From positions 62,001-126,000 of the IMG/VR virus record IMGVR_UViG_3300035670_000008: a stretch of 64,000 bases of DNA. One strand, written 5' to 3'. Every line of letters starts with the position of its first letter. Within the stretch, counting starts at the first letter, position 1. The notes below the pieces were generated by a model that was given only the letters and a program-made list of their open reading frames with translations, was not told where the DNA came from and did no database searches. This document shows, piece after piece, positions 18,233 through 27,910 of the stretch. The position numbers were made by a program, and so were the translations under genes.

Positions 18233-21200
18233 ATGGCTAATATCGATAACACCGTAGTAATTACTGGGCCGCTATCTCCGATAGATGATCGAGATACCTA
18301 TCCTACTCATCTCGCTAGGTATGGTAAAGGTGGTTTTTATCGAGCGGCTACGTTAGCCGAGCGAAATCTAATCCCTGATGACCGCCGAGAGCAGGGGTTA
18401 ACGGTATTAGTCACAGACGATTTGAACCCTACCTTCAACCGTGCTTATACCTTAGATGGCGGTATTAGTAATGAAGACTGGGTGGAGTGGGTTGTTACCC
18501 CTAACTACTTAGAAGACTGGAAGAAGAACGGCACCTTCCCTAACGACCTGGACATCTACTGTAATACGATTACAGCGTCCGGCGATAGCGTCTTCAATAA
18601 TATCCTGGTTTATAACTCCGTTCGGCTGGGTAAGATAGACAACCGCCTTCAAGTTGTACCGAGCGGGATTCAACTTTTTACTAATAACGTTGCCCGGCTA
18701 ACCGCTACAGAAGACGGTAAACTAGTCACATACTCTACCTACGTCCCAACCGAAGCCAAATCGTTGGTCACCAAAGACTTTGTAGAGCAGCTGATTGGCT
18801 CCGGCGGGGGCGGCGGGGGCTCAGATATTCCCAACACTCCTATTAACCTAACCCCAACCAACGGTACGAATAACCTCGGAACTGGGGATACAGCTATTAC
18901 CTTTACTGCTTCTGTCTACTTCAGCCCAATTGCCTCGGCAATGACAGCTAGCCAATGGAGATTCAGTGAATCAGCAGACTTTACCGTGCTACTTCATACC
19001 ACTGGAGACCGGGCTGGTACATCTACTAGCTATAGTTTAAGCACTCCTCTGACCGTCCTAGGCACCGGGAAGACGGTCTACTGGCAGGTACGGTACAAGG
19101 ACTCAACCAATGCTTATTCTAACTGGAGTAGCCCCACCACCTTTACAACGACGACAACTGACCCGGCTCCTAACCAACCAACAAACATCTCCCCAGTCAA
19201 CAACGCTACGGACGTAGGCGACCGGGGTAACCCAGTTACATTAACCGGCTCGACCTACTCCAGTGCCGTTAACTCTCCGATGACTGCGGCTCAGTGGCAG
19301 TTAACTACTACTACAGACGCTGGCTACGCTACTCCAGTTGTGTCTACTGGGGATATTGGCGGTACTGCTGTTAGCTATACAATTCCTAACCCCAACGCAG
19401 TACTGGGAGTTAACACCACCTACCGCTGGCGCATTCGCTACAAAGACAGCGCTGGGCAATACTCCGCTTGGTCTAGCTCCACCACCTTTACTACAGCCTC
19501 GTCCTTTACTCGCCTACCACCCTTTACCCCGATTAACGAACTGCCGGTTAATGGTTCAACGAACCAAGGGGCTAACGCGACGGCTATCACCTTAAAGGCG
19601 ACTGCCTACAATAGTCCCGAAAGCTCCCCAATGGCGGCTGGACAATGGCAGATTACTTCTACTGCTGACACCAACTTCAACAACGTCATCGTAGACACTG
19701 GGGACATTCTAGGAACTGGCATCGAACGGGTGATTAACAACCCTGCTTCAGTTCTTCAACCCAACACCGTCTATCGCTGGCGGGTACGGTACAAAGACTC
19801 TAATGGGTTGTACAGCGGCTGGAGTAGCGCCACAACCTTTACTACTGCCGGTAGCTTCGCATTGCTAGTAGCGCCCCAAACTCCTTCCAACGTCTCCCCA
19901 GCTAACCTAGCTACCAACTTAGGCTACAACCAAGCTGCTATCGTGCTGCAGGGCTCCCCCTATCAACACACTCGCAACATTGAAATGGCAGCCCGCCAAT
20001 TCCAGATTACATCGTCAGCTGACACCAGCTTTAACGATATTATCGTTAACACCAACGAAATCTCTGGGAACCAACTGACCTACGTGTTGAACGACCCCAG
20101 TCTGGTGCTAAGCACCTCCACCACTTACCGCTGGCGGGTTCGCTACAAGAGTTTGGAAGGGGTATGGTCTAACTGGAGCACCTCTACCCGGTTTACCACT
20201 GCTAACACGTTTGCTAATGACGTACCGGTTATCATTACCCAACCCACTAGTATTGAAGTTGCTGTTGGGAGTACCGCCACATTCTTTATCTCCGCGATGG
20301 GCACGAACTTAACTTATCAGTGGCGGAAGAACAACTCGAATATCACTGGGGCTACTGCTCCGTTGTATAGTTTCACTGCTCAAAGTGGCAGTCCGGGCGG
20401 CTACACCTGCGTAGTGTCCAACCCAGCTGGCAGTGTTACGTCTGACACAGCTCAACTAACCCTTCGGTTAGATGCACCTACTATCATCCAGCAGCCACAG
20501 GATTTAACCGTCCGCTCTGGCTCGACTGCAAGCTTTAGTGTTATTGCTACCGGCTCCACACCGCTGTCTTATCAATGGCGTAAGAACGGAGTCAACATCT
20601 CTGGCGCCACCAACGCTAGCTACAACATTCCCTTTGCTTCAGACGACGACGCTGGGGCTTACTCCGTTGTGATTAGCAACTCCGTCGGCTCCGTCACTAG
20701 CAGTAGCGCTACGCTAACTATCGCGGCTGTTGCTCCAACGATTACCAACCCGCCCCAAAGTCAAACGATTAACCAAGGCTCCCCGGCTACGTTCTCTGTG
20801 ACAGCCACTGGGACATCCCCCATGACTTACCAATGGCGGAAGGATGGTGTTAATATTTCCGGGGCTACTAACAACAGCTACGTTATCAGCTCAGCTGCCA
20901 CTACAAACGTAGGGGCTTACTCGGTAGTCGTGACTAACTCAGCAGGCAACGCGATTAGCTCTAGTGCCTCCTTGGTTGTTATTACTCCCCCAGTGATTGT
21001 GCAGCAACCAAGCGACACCACTTTAACCTTGGGGGCTACCGCTACGTTCTCTGTGTCTGCTACAGGAACAGGGCCATTCAGTTACCAATGGAAAAAGCGT
21101 GTTAACGGTGTCTCTACCAACATTAGCGGAGCTACAGCCAGCACCTACTCCATTGTTAACATCGGCTCCAGCGACGGGGCTCAGTACTCAGTCGATGTCT

Positions 21201-22483
21201 CTAACTCGGCAGGTACAGCGTCTAGCTCTAACGCAACGTTGACCGTTATTACTCCACTGCCGACTATTACCCAGCAGCCTCAGAGCATCTCGGTCACGAA
21301 CGGGCAGTTAGCTACGTTCTCCGTAGTTGCAGAGAGCCTAGCCCCACTAACCTACCAATGGCGTAGAAACGGCGTTAACATCAACGGCGCGACCAGCGCT
21401 AGCTACTCCACTACTGCTAACTCTTCTACAAATAACAACAGTAACTATTCCGTTGTTGTAACTAACGCTGGTGGCTCTATTACCAGTGCTGCAGCTACGT
21501 TAACTGTGAACGTTCCTCCTACAATTACTCGGCAGCCGGCCTCCACGACCTCTTATACCACTAGTCCGGTCACAATAGATGTTCAAGCAACGCCTTCTAC
21601 TTGTACCTATCAGTGGTATAAGAACGGTGCGCTTATGAGCGGCTCTACTCAATCTACCCTTAGTATGAGTGGGCAGCCAGTAGGTACTCACCAGTTCTAC
21701 TGTGAAGTAACAAACTCAGGGATTTCAGTTAACTCTAGCACTGCAACGGTTATCGTCGCTAATCCTACTCCAATTCCAGCGCCTACGATAGAACTCAACG
21801 GGCACACGGTTAATATCGATTCTTCGATTGGGATAGACATAGATACTGGTCTTCGGCTATCAAACGCTAGTTATTACGACACCCAAGCTGGGCGGACGGT
21901 AGACCCAAGGGCAGAGCATGTTACCTTCGTCTATGAAATCCGACGAAATGGTGTTTTAGTAGAAGATTCCTGGCTCGGTAAAGCGGTAGGCGACAAGCTT
22001 CTAATAAATGCTATCTTTGGGCCCGGCAGTCATACAATCCAGTTCACCGCTCGTCAAACACCTAAATACCCCTATAGCACCTTTGACGACAAGTTCGAGA
22101 TAGACCAAACCCCTGTTACTACTACTTTTACTGTGGTTAACGCAGCTGTCCCTACTCCTCAGTTATTGTTTGTACCTACATACGACGGGGTGTTTTTAGG
22201 TTACTACGTTGGTTGGACGGGCACTCAGCATTTATATATCTCACAAGCGAGTACGACAGTAACCGGGGAAAGAAACAACGTAAATCCTACTATGAGCGCT
22301 AGTGACGCGGCTATCATCGATGCAGCCACTACCTTACCAGCTGACCAGAATCCTACTGGTAAGCACTGGGTAACAGGGACTAACACCACCTATAACTTCG
22401 ACACTGGGTTGACGGACACAGAAACGCCTTCTTTACTCTATAAATCCCGTGCTGTTGCTAAAATGACTCCTAACATAGCTTAA
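18233..22483 (+). CDS. Large virion protein with 4 FN3-like and ~6 Ig-like repeats
   Basis: Repeated Y.WRVRYK.S...S.WS..T.FTT and I.QQP...ATFSV.A.G..P..YQW.K.G..I.GAT. Confidence 0.85.
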   Translation: MANIDNTVVITGPLSPIDDRDTYPTHLARYGKGGFYRAATLAERNLIPDDRREQGLTVLVTDDLNPTFNRAYTLDGGISNEDWVEWVVTPNYLEDWKKNGTFPNDLDIYCNTITASGDSVFNNILVYNSVRLGKIDNRLQVVPSGIQLFTNNVARLTATEDGKLVTYSTYVPTEAKSLVTKDFVEQLIGSGGGGGGSDIPNTPINLTPTNGTNNLGTGDTAITFTASVYFSPIASAMTASQWRFSESADFTVLLHTTGDRAGTSTSYSLSTPLTVLGTGKTVYWQVRYKDSTNAYSNWSSPTTFTTTTTDPAPNQPTNISPVNNATDVGDRGNPVTLTGSTYSSAVNSPMTAAQWQLTTTTDAGYATPVVSTGDIGGTAVSYTIPNPNAVLGVNTTYRWRIRYKDSAGQYSAWSSSTTFTTASSFTRLPPFTPINELPVNGSTNQGANATAITLKATAYNSPESSPMAAGQWQITSTADTNFNNVIVDTGDILGTGIERVINNPASVLQPNTVYRWRVRYKDSNGLYSGWSSATTFTTAGSFALLVAPQTPSNVSPANLATNLGYNQAAIVLQGSPYQHTRNIEMAARQFQITSSADTSFNDIIVNTNEISGNQLTYVLNDPSLVLSTSTTYRWRVRYKSLEGVWSNWSTSTRFTTANTFANDVPVIITQPTSIEVAVGSTATFFISAMGTNLTYQWRKNNSNITGATAPLYSFTAQSGSPGGYTCVVSNPAGSVTSDTAQLTLRLDAPTIIQQPQDLTVRSGSTASFSVIATGSTPLSYQWRKNGVNISGATNASYNIPFASDDDAGAYSVVISNSVGSVTSSSATLTIAAVAPTITNPPQSQTINQGSPATFSVTATGTSPMTYQWRKDGVNISGATNNSYVISSAATTNVGAYSVVVTNSAGNAISSSASLVVITPPVIVQQPSDTTLTLGATATFSVSATGTGPFSYQWKKRVNGVSTNISGATASTYSIVNIGSSDGAQYSVDVSNSAGTASSSNATLTVITPLPTITQQPQSISVTNGQLATFSVVAESLAPLTYQWRRNGVNINGATSASYSTTANSSTNNNSNYSVVVTNAGGSITSAAATLTVNVPPTITRQPASTTSYTTSPVTIDVQATPSTCTYQWYKNGALMSGSTQSTLSMSGQPVGTHQFYCEVTNSGISVNSSTATVIVANPTPIPAPTIELNGHTVNIDSSIGIDIDTGLRLSNASYYDTQAGRTVDPRAEHVTFVYEIRRNGVLVEDSWLGKAVGDKLLINAIFGPGSHTIQFTARQTPKYPYSTFDDKFEIDQTPVTTTFTVVNAAVPTPQLLFVPTYDGVFLGYYVGWTGTQHLYISQASTTVTGERNNVNPTMSASDAAIIDAATTLPADQNPTGKHWVTGTNTTYNFDTGLTDTETPSLLYKSRAVAKMTPNIA

Positions 22484-22490
22484 TATTACT

Positions 22491-22919
22491 ATGAAGTATT
22501 TACTACTGTCCAAGATAGACCGTGTTGTAGAAGGCTCCGTAGTTGAGAGTTCTCTACCTGAGATTGAGGGGCTTCAAGTCGAGTTTTATAACGAGAGTGA
22601 ATGGCCTACGGATAATCCGCTTGCTTACTGCACTGCGGAAACCAAGGCTAAAATCACTACTGAACAGCCCGGCGTGGTTGAAGTATTAACGAAGAAGGAG
22701 TTTCTAGATCGGAGAGACCTTGAGTTCTCTCTTCGTTACGAGAAGCTGTCGGCCACAGCTAAACATAATCGTAGTATCTGTTATCAAACAGAGGCTGACC
22801 CCCTCTTCTTCAAGTACCAACGTGGGGACGCAACTAAAGAAGAGTGGTTAGCAAAGGTAGAAGAAATTAAAGCCCGTTTTCCTCTATCTGAGGACGAGCC
22901 TACTTCAAGCAGCTTATAA
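22491..22919 (+). CDS. Tail fibre assembly chaperone-like protein
   Basis: C-terminal ADPLFFKYQRG...WLAKVEEIKARFP; directly after fibre genes. Confidence 0.7.
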   Translation: MKYLLLSKIDRVVEGSVVESSLPEIEGLQVEFYNESEWPTDNPLAYCTAETKAKITTEQPGVVEVLTKKEFLDRRDLEFSLRYEKLSATAKHNRSICYQTEADPLFFKYQRGDATKEEWLAKVEEIKARFPLSEDEPTSSSL

Positions 22920-23907
22920 TCCTTTCTGTAACTTCTGGAACTGCGGTGAACTCATCCCGCAGTTTTTTGATGGCTTCTCGTTCTATCTGCTTTACTCGTC
23001 CAGCGCATAACCCGTAACACTTAGAGACTTCCTCACAGGTCTGACGTTTGTAGCCACCTACTCCATTCAAACGCATCACAATCTCTTTATCTCGGTCGTT
23101 CAAGCAGCTTAGTAAATCGACCAGGATGGTGTCTACGTTATCCCGAACGATGTCCACTTCTAAGTCAATACTATCGTCGGGTACGTACTCGATAAACTCT
23201 AGGAGAGAGCCGCTCATACCCTCTACGGTCATATTCAGACTGGCAGGGCGCTTCAAGTAGTTAGTAATCGTTCTGATGTAATCCGAGGTCAGGCCAGTCT
23301 CTAAACAGACCTCAGCCATGGTGGCTGGACGACCTCGCTCAGCTAAGTATTGTTTATTAATCTTACGTATGAGTCTTAGCTTATCCGTAACGTGAACGGG
23401 CAATCGAATAAGCCGTCCGGTCTTGCTAATCCCTTTGTTAATAGCTTCTTTAATCCAGTAGCTGACGTAGGTAGAGAGCTTCACACCATAGACGGGGTTG
23501 TACTTCTCTATTCCTTTGATTAACCCGGTGTTTCCTTCCTGTACCAAGTCGTAGATATTAAGGTTGACGTTGTTATATTTCTTTGCAATAGACACAACCA
23601 ATCTTAGGTTGCTGTTAATCATTATTTCTTTAGCTTCTAGTCCTGTCTCGTAGGTAACGGCGACCTCTTCTGGGTCTAGCTCTTCTAGAGTGATGTAGTC
23701 TTCCAATGGGATGTTAAGCTTTCTTCGGCGCTCTTCGTAGGCCATCATCGCTTGAATCTGCCGACCGTAGAGGTTTTCTTCGTCCCTGGTTAACAGCCGA
23801 TACCGACCGATTTCACATAGATAGTAGGTAAAACTATCTTTCTTAGGGTGGAGCTTCTTCTTGTTAGCTGAGACACCGAGCTGCTGAGGTTCCGTAGAGC
23901 TATCCAT
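22900..23907 (-). CDS. Sigma70-family factor, cyanobacterial group 2/RpoD-like
   Basis: YLCEIGRYRLLT, SNLRLVVSIAKKY, DLVQEG..GL, STY..YWI, RLIRLPVH, region 4 HTH. Confidence 0.92.
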   Translation of the reverse strand: MDSSTEPQQLGVSANKKKLHPKKDSFTYYLCEIGRYRLLTRDEENLYGRQIQAMMAYEERRRKLNIPLEDYITLEELDPEEVAVTYETGLEAKEIMINSNLRLVVSIAKKYNNVNLNIYDLVQEGNTGLIKGIEKYNPVYGVKLSTYVSYWIKEAINKGISKTGRLIRLPVHVTDKLRLIRKINKQYLAERGRPATMAEVCLETGLTSDYIRTITNYLKRPASLNMTVEGMSGSLLEFIEYVPDDSIDLEVDIVRDNVDTILVDLLSCLNDRDKEIVMRLNGVGGYKRQTCEEVSKCYGLCAGRVKQIEREAIKKLRDEFTAVPEVTERIISCLK

Positions 23908-24021
23908 AGAATTAACCTAACAATGTAGAGCATTTCACCCATACTAACCGAAGTTAAGTATTTGTGAGCTATTCACTAGACAAGCTAGGCTAGAATGTAG
24001 GCACTAATTGGTTGCACGTGT

Positions 24022-24858
24022 ATGTACGAAGGGCTTAATCCACAACAAATTCGGGAAGAGATGAATAAGCGGTATGAAACTAAGACGGCCTATGAGCTGA
24101 TGCTGCTCTGGGACCAAGCAAGAATGCAAGACCTAAACGAGAAGACGATGGCTTACCTCGGCTCAGCCGGTAAGAAGAAGATTCTAGAGGTCTGCTGCGG
24201 TCAAGGAGGTACTGCTGCGTACCTACCTAAAACAGCTAACTTTACTGGAGTCGATTTATCTGACACAGCTATTGCCTTAGCAAAAGAGACCTTTAAAGAC
24301 CGCCCTAACTACCGCTTCCAACAGATGGACGCCTGTAAGTTAGACTTCGAGGATTCTATCTTTGATGTTGTAATTGCTAAAGAAGCTATCGAGCATTTAC
24401 CGGACGTCGGCGCTTGTCTGCGCGAAGCTTATCGAGTGTTAAAGCCTACTGGTAAGCTCATTGTCACTAGCCCAAACCGGGATAGTCTGCATCTGCGCAT
24501 GAACCGGCTGATGGGTAATGCTGACTTTAAATGTAGCTACGACCACTTGAATGAGCTGACCTTCGCGGAGTTCTGCGAGCTGGCTACTGCTGCTGGTTTT
24601 CAACTCGATAAATCCTGTGGGAGTTTCTTAATGCCTTACTGGGGTATCCCTGGGGTAGACAATTACGTCCGTCATTTAACCGATAAAGACCCTGCGGTCA
24701 TCGCGCTGTTCCAAGAGCTTGGCGACTTAGTTGGAGCGGAGCATGCTTTCTGTTACATCGCCTTGTTATCTAAGATTCCACCCTCACCAGAGTGTAAACT
24801 ATCCTTTGCCGAGGTCAAGGCGGAGCCTTCTAGCCCGCTAGAGCTGGCATTCGTCTAG
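24022..24858 (+). CDS. Class I SAM-dependent methyltransferase
   Basis: ILEVCCGQG, GVDLS, FDVV, IEHL, RVLKPTG. Confidence 0.9.
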   Translation: MYEGLNPQQIREEMNKRYETKTAYELMLLWDQARMQDLNEKTMAYLGSAGKKKILEVCCGQGGTAAYLPKTANFTGVDLSDTAIALAKETFKDRPNYRFQQMDACKLDFEDSIFDVVIAKEAIEHLPDVGACLREAYRVLKPTGKLIVTSPNRDSLHLRMNRLMGNADFKCSYDHLNELTFAEFCELATAAGFQLDKSCGSFLMPYWGIPGVDNYVRHLTDKDPAVIALFQELGDLVGAEHAFCYIALLSKIPPSPECKLSFAEVKAEPSSPLELAFV

Positions 24859-24863
24859 AAACG

Positions 24864-24893
24864 AAAAGACCTGAGTTATTACTCAGGTCTTTT
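24864..24893. terminator. Bidirectional terminator
   Basis: AAAAGACCTGAG-ttatta-CTCAGGTCTTTT between convergent genes. Confidence 0.85.
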
Positions 24894-24902
24894 ACTTGAA
24901 GC

Positions 24903-26171
24903 CTAATCAACTTTCAACTCAATGAACTCCCGGCAGCGCTTACTTTCCGCTATCTCATATAAGGCTTGAGTGATGTTGAAGTGGTCTTTTGACACAACTG
25001 CGTGCAGTAAGGTATCGTCTGGCTCTACTAGCGCGTCTAAGAAATGCTGGAAGCCCTTCTCTAAACCGGTATGGACTTCGTCTAACCCTACTAAAGAATC
25101 ACTTTCGGTAATAGTCTGTAGGTCAACTAGAACGCTCTTAGGAGACCGGTAAGGTGGCTTGTAAGCTAACACAGCTAACACTGAGGCACAACCGATATTC
25201 ACGCCGATAATTGTGCGGGTGTTGCCAGGCTGACGGCGTAGGCACAACACATGCAACGGACTTAGCTGACCTAAAGCGTCCCCTGCGAACATAATCCCCT
25301 TATGCCCGACTGTTATGATGGCGAAGCCACCGGGAGTTAAGACACGCTCTAGCTGATTGCTTAGATTGCGGAGTTCCAAGTCTACAAAATCAAAGCGGAG
25401 GGGTGCCTCTACAATAGCTACGTTTACTGACTCAGCTGCTAAAGACTCAAAGGAAGTGTAACTAAAGCGGCTGGTAGAGGTATAATCTACCTCAACGGTG
25501 TCAACTAGCTCGTCTTGCGCTTCAATCTGCTTAGAGCTTTTGAGGTATTGGATAGCTTCTTTGGGAGTCTCAGCTATCTTATCCGCGATTAAAGTAGCTA
25601 CTTTAACTTGGGCAGTCTTAGACAGCCGCTGCATATCTCGTAACTGTTTGGGGTCTTCCGCGACCTCTACTTTAGTTAGGAGCTTTACTGCCTCAGGAGC
25701 TAGCCCGGCGTTAGCCATCTTAATCTTGCGGTAGGTCTGAAGCACCTGGTTAGTAGAACGCCGGTTCATCTGTTGCTCCGTGGCTAACTCCAAAGCTAAT
25801 TCTTTGGCTTCGCTGTCTACTGTTGAGGGAGCAATCTTGTACAAGCTGCCTAGGTCTAACGCTTTGAAGCCGTCTCCATGGGTGGCTTCGTAGTCTTTGT
25901 ACAGTTTGTAGACGTTAATGAAGTTGTTAGCAGAGTCCCGGCTGATTTCTCCGTTGAACCGCTCTTTTATCCAGTTATCCCATTCACCATACTTTAAAAG
26001 ATTGAACCGGATGTAGGTAAAGATTTCACCCAATCGGACGATGTTTTCTAAGGTCTGTTTGACTAGACCTCGGATTTCAGCCTCTAAGGTTTCTAACTCG
26101 ACGTCTACGTTAATAGTCGCCAACGCAGGTGGTGTCGCGTCGGCGCTCGCTGGTAATTTGGTCTTAGGCAT
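24903..26171 (-). CDS. DUF3102-like protein with degenerate DNA-methyltransferase-like C-terminal domain
   Basis: I.RLGE.....L.YGEW..WI...F..S..A..FI; C-terminal SVNVAIVEAPL, RVLTPGG. Confidence 0.6.
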   Translation of the reverse strand: MPKTKLPASADATPPALATINVDVELETLEAEIRGLVKQTLENIVRLGEIFTYIRFNLLKYGEWDNWIKERFNGEISRDSANNFINVYKLYKDYEATHGDGFKALDLGSLYKIAPSTVDSEAKELALELATEQQMNRRSTNQVLQTYRKIKMANAGLAPEAVKLLTKVEVAEDPKQLRDMQRLSKTAQVKVATLIADKIAETPKEAIQYLKSSKQIEAQDELVDTVEVDYTSTSRFSYTSFESLAAESVNVAIVEAPLRFDFVDLELRNLSNQLERVLTPGGFAIITVGHKGIMFAGDALGQLSPLHVLCLRRQPGNTRTIIGVNIGCASVLAVLAYKPPYRSPKSVLVDLQTITESDSLVGLDEVHTGLEKGFQHFLDALVEPDDTLLHAVVSKDHFNITQALYEIAESKRCREFIELKVD

Positions 26172-26288
26172 TGGGTTACCCCTTTAATTGGTTAGTTATC
26201 ACTGTCTAGCAGTAGATTCTATGTTAGGCGATAACATAACCAATGGCAATAGACGGAGTGTCTAACTTAAGTGAGGCTAATGTCTAAG

Positions 26289-26492
26289 TTAGTTATGACA
26301 GGCTGGTAGAGTTACTGTGTAGCCAGCTCTTATAGCAGTGTTTAAAAGTCTTTTTTTTAGATGGAAGTCTGTTATTAAACTTAACCAAGCTACTAAATCC
26401 ACTTCGTTAAGTCCGTAAAGCTTGTCCAATCCTTCTTCTATGAGATAGATGTAGTGTTCCGTAACTTCAGCTATCTGGTCTGCGGTCGGCAT
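26289..26492 (-). CDS. Hypothetical protein
   Basis: Short ORF with GAGG RBS. Confidence 0.5.
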   Translation of the reverse strand: MPTADQIAEVTEHYIYLIEEGLDKLYGLNEVDLVAWLSLITDFHLKKRLLNTAIRAGYTVTLPACHN

Positions 26493-26660
26493 AGTTCGGA
26501 GCGCCTCTTAGGGTTAGCTTGATTAGTTTACCAGATTTGAAGGTAAATATACGAAACTTTACACAACTTCATAACTCTGTAACTAAACTAGCCAGTTGAC
26601 TAAACAACTGGCTAGGTAGGCCTACTGACGAACGGTTCGTCAACTTAACGTAAATACTGG

Positions 26661-27830
26661 TTACTTAGCCGTTAGCCAGCGCTCCATGGAACTAACGATC
26701 TCTTCCCAAGTAAACTTATCGGAGGATAAATAGGCTTTGGCTTCGCTGGCTAGCTTGGCACCTAAACTACGGTCATCATACAACTTTCCTAGTTGTTTCG
26801 CTAGATGACTGGTATCTACAGCGCCCCGCTCAATTAAACACTGCAAGTCAGTCTGCCAATCCGCCACATCGATAAGTAGCCCTCGTCCGTCTCCCCAGAT
26901 TTCTTTACAGGCGCTGTGGTTAGGCACGACCTGCGGGACATCACACATAGCGCACTCAGTATTGGTGAGCCCCCATCCTTCGCCTAAGGACGTATTAACA
27001 CAGACGTCTGCTGCGTTGTACACGTAGTTAAGCATCTCCTCCGGGACGCTCAACGGACCCATAGTCTGTTCAGTCAACACCAGCCGGTCTACACAATTGC
27101 CGCGTAGGCGCATCTCCCGCTCGAATAATGGGATGATGTCCCAGCCGATGTCTTTGCAGCCCATATGGAGGTAAAGCCAGGCATCCGGTCGGTCTACTGC
27201 AAACTCTGCGAAGGCTTTGATAGTTAAATCAATCCGCTTGCGGGGCTGGTTACGGTTAGCGTTCAACACAATAAAACCGTCTTTGAGTTTATCCAGGCCC
27301 AACTTAGCGCGCGCTTCTGCTTTAGGTACTGGGTAAAACGTCTTGGTGTCCACACCATGGGGAAAGACTTGTACGTCCCCTCTGAACTTAGCCGCCCGTA
27401 GAACCTGCACTCCGAATTCGGTATATGTAGCTACGCCGTCTATCTCGTTTAACCATTTAACTAGCCCAGGCACGTAACCGTGGGAGTCTACAGGGAAGTA
27501 AGCGAAGCACTTGAATTGTTGCTTGTGGTATAGCTTCTCAATCTGTAGGAAGTATTGTTCGCACACCCAGCAGTCATTGAATAACAGCACTGCATCGGGC
27601 TGCTCCTTGGTAACTACTGTGGGTAAGCGACGTAACCCCAACGCGTCTTGGCTGCTTACCGTAAAGGCAGGATAAATGTAGAACGGGTAGTTGTGGGGCT
27701 CAGCTAAATCATTCACCCCTAACAGAACGACCTCATGCCCCCGCTGGTGCAACCCCAAACAAATCTGCTCACACACCCTAGAGAAGCCAGTCTTCACGGT
27801 CGGGGAGTCGCCTACAACAAGAATCTTCAT
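26661..27830 (-). CDS. GT4 family glycosyltransferase
   Basis: TGFSRV, PHGVD, NRNQPRKRID, YNAADV, GEGWGL..E. Confidence 0.92.
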   Translation of the reverse strand: MKILVVGDSPTVKTGFSRVCEQICLGLHQRGHEVVLLGVNDLAEPHNYPFYIYPAFTVSSQDALGLRRLPTVVTKEQPDAVLLFNDCWVCEQYFLQIEKLYHKQQFKCFAYFPVDSHGYVPGLVKWLNEIDGVATYTEFGVQVLRAAKFRGDVQVFPHGVDTKTFYPVPKAEARAKLGLDKLKDGFIVLNANRNQPRKRIDLTIKAFAEFAVDRPDAWLYLHMGCKDIGWDIIPLFEREMRLRGNCVDRLVLTEQTMGPLSVPEEMLNYVYNAADVCVNTSLGEGWGLTNTECAMCDVPQVVPNHSACKEIWGDGRGLLIDVADWQTDLQCLIERGAVDTSHLAKQLGKLYDDRSLGAKLASEAKAYLSSDKFTWEEIVSSMERWLTAK

Positions 27831-27910
27831 ACTGTCAGCTATAAAAAAATTACTTAGCTTAATGGTACTATAAGCCGCCTAAATTTTAAGGCGGCTGTTA
27901 GTTAGCTTAC

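Noticed and set aside
18233-22483. Ig/FN3 repeats as a diversity-generating retroelement target
   Set aside because: No reverse transcriptase or template/variable repeat pair in the window; Ig-like virion domains are common.
26626-26642. LexA/SOS box
   Set aside because: The Gram-positive box has a 4-nt spacer (here 1), and the cyanobacterial box is a different sequence.
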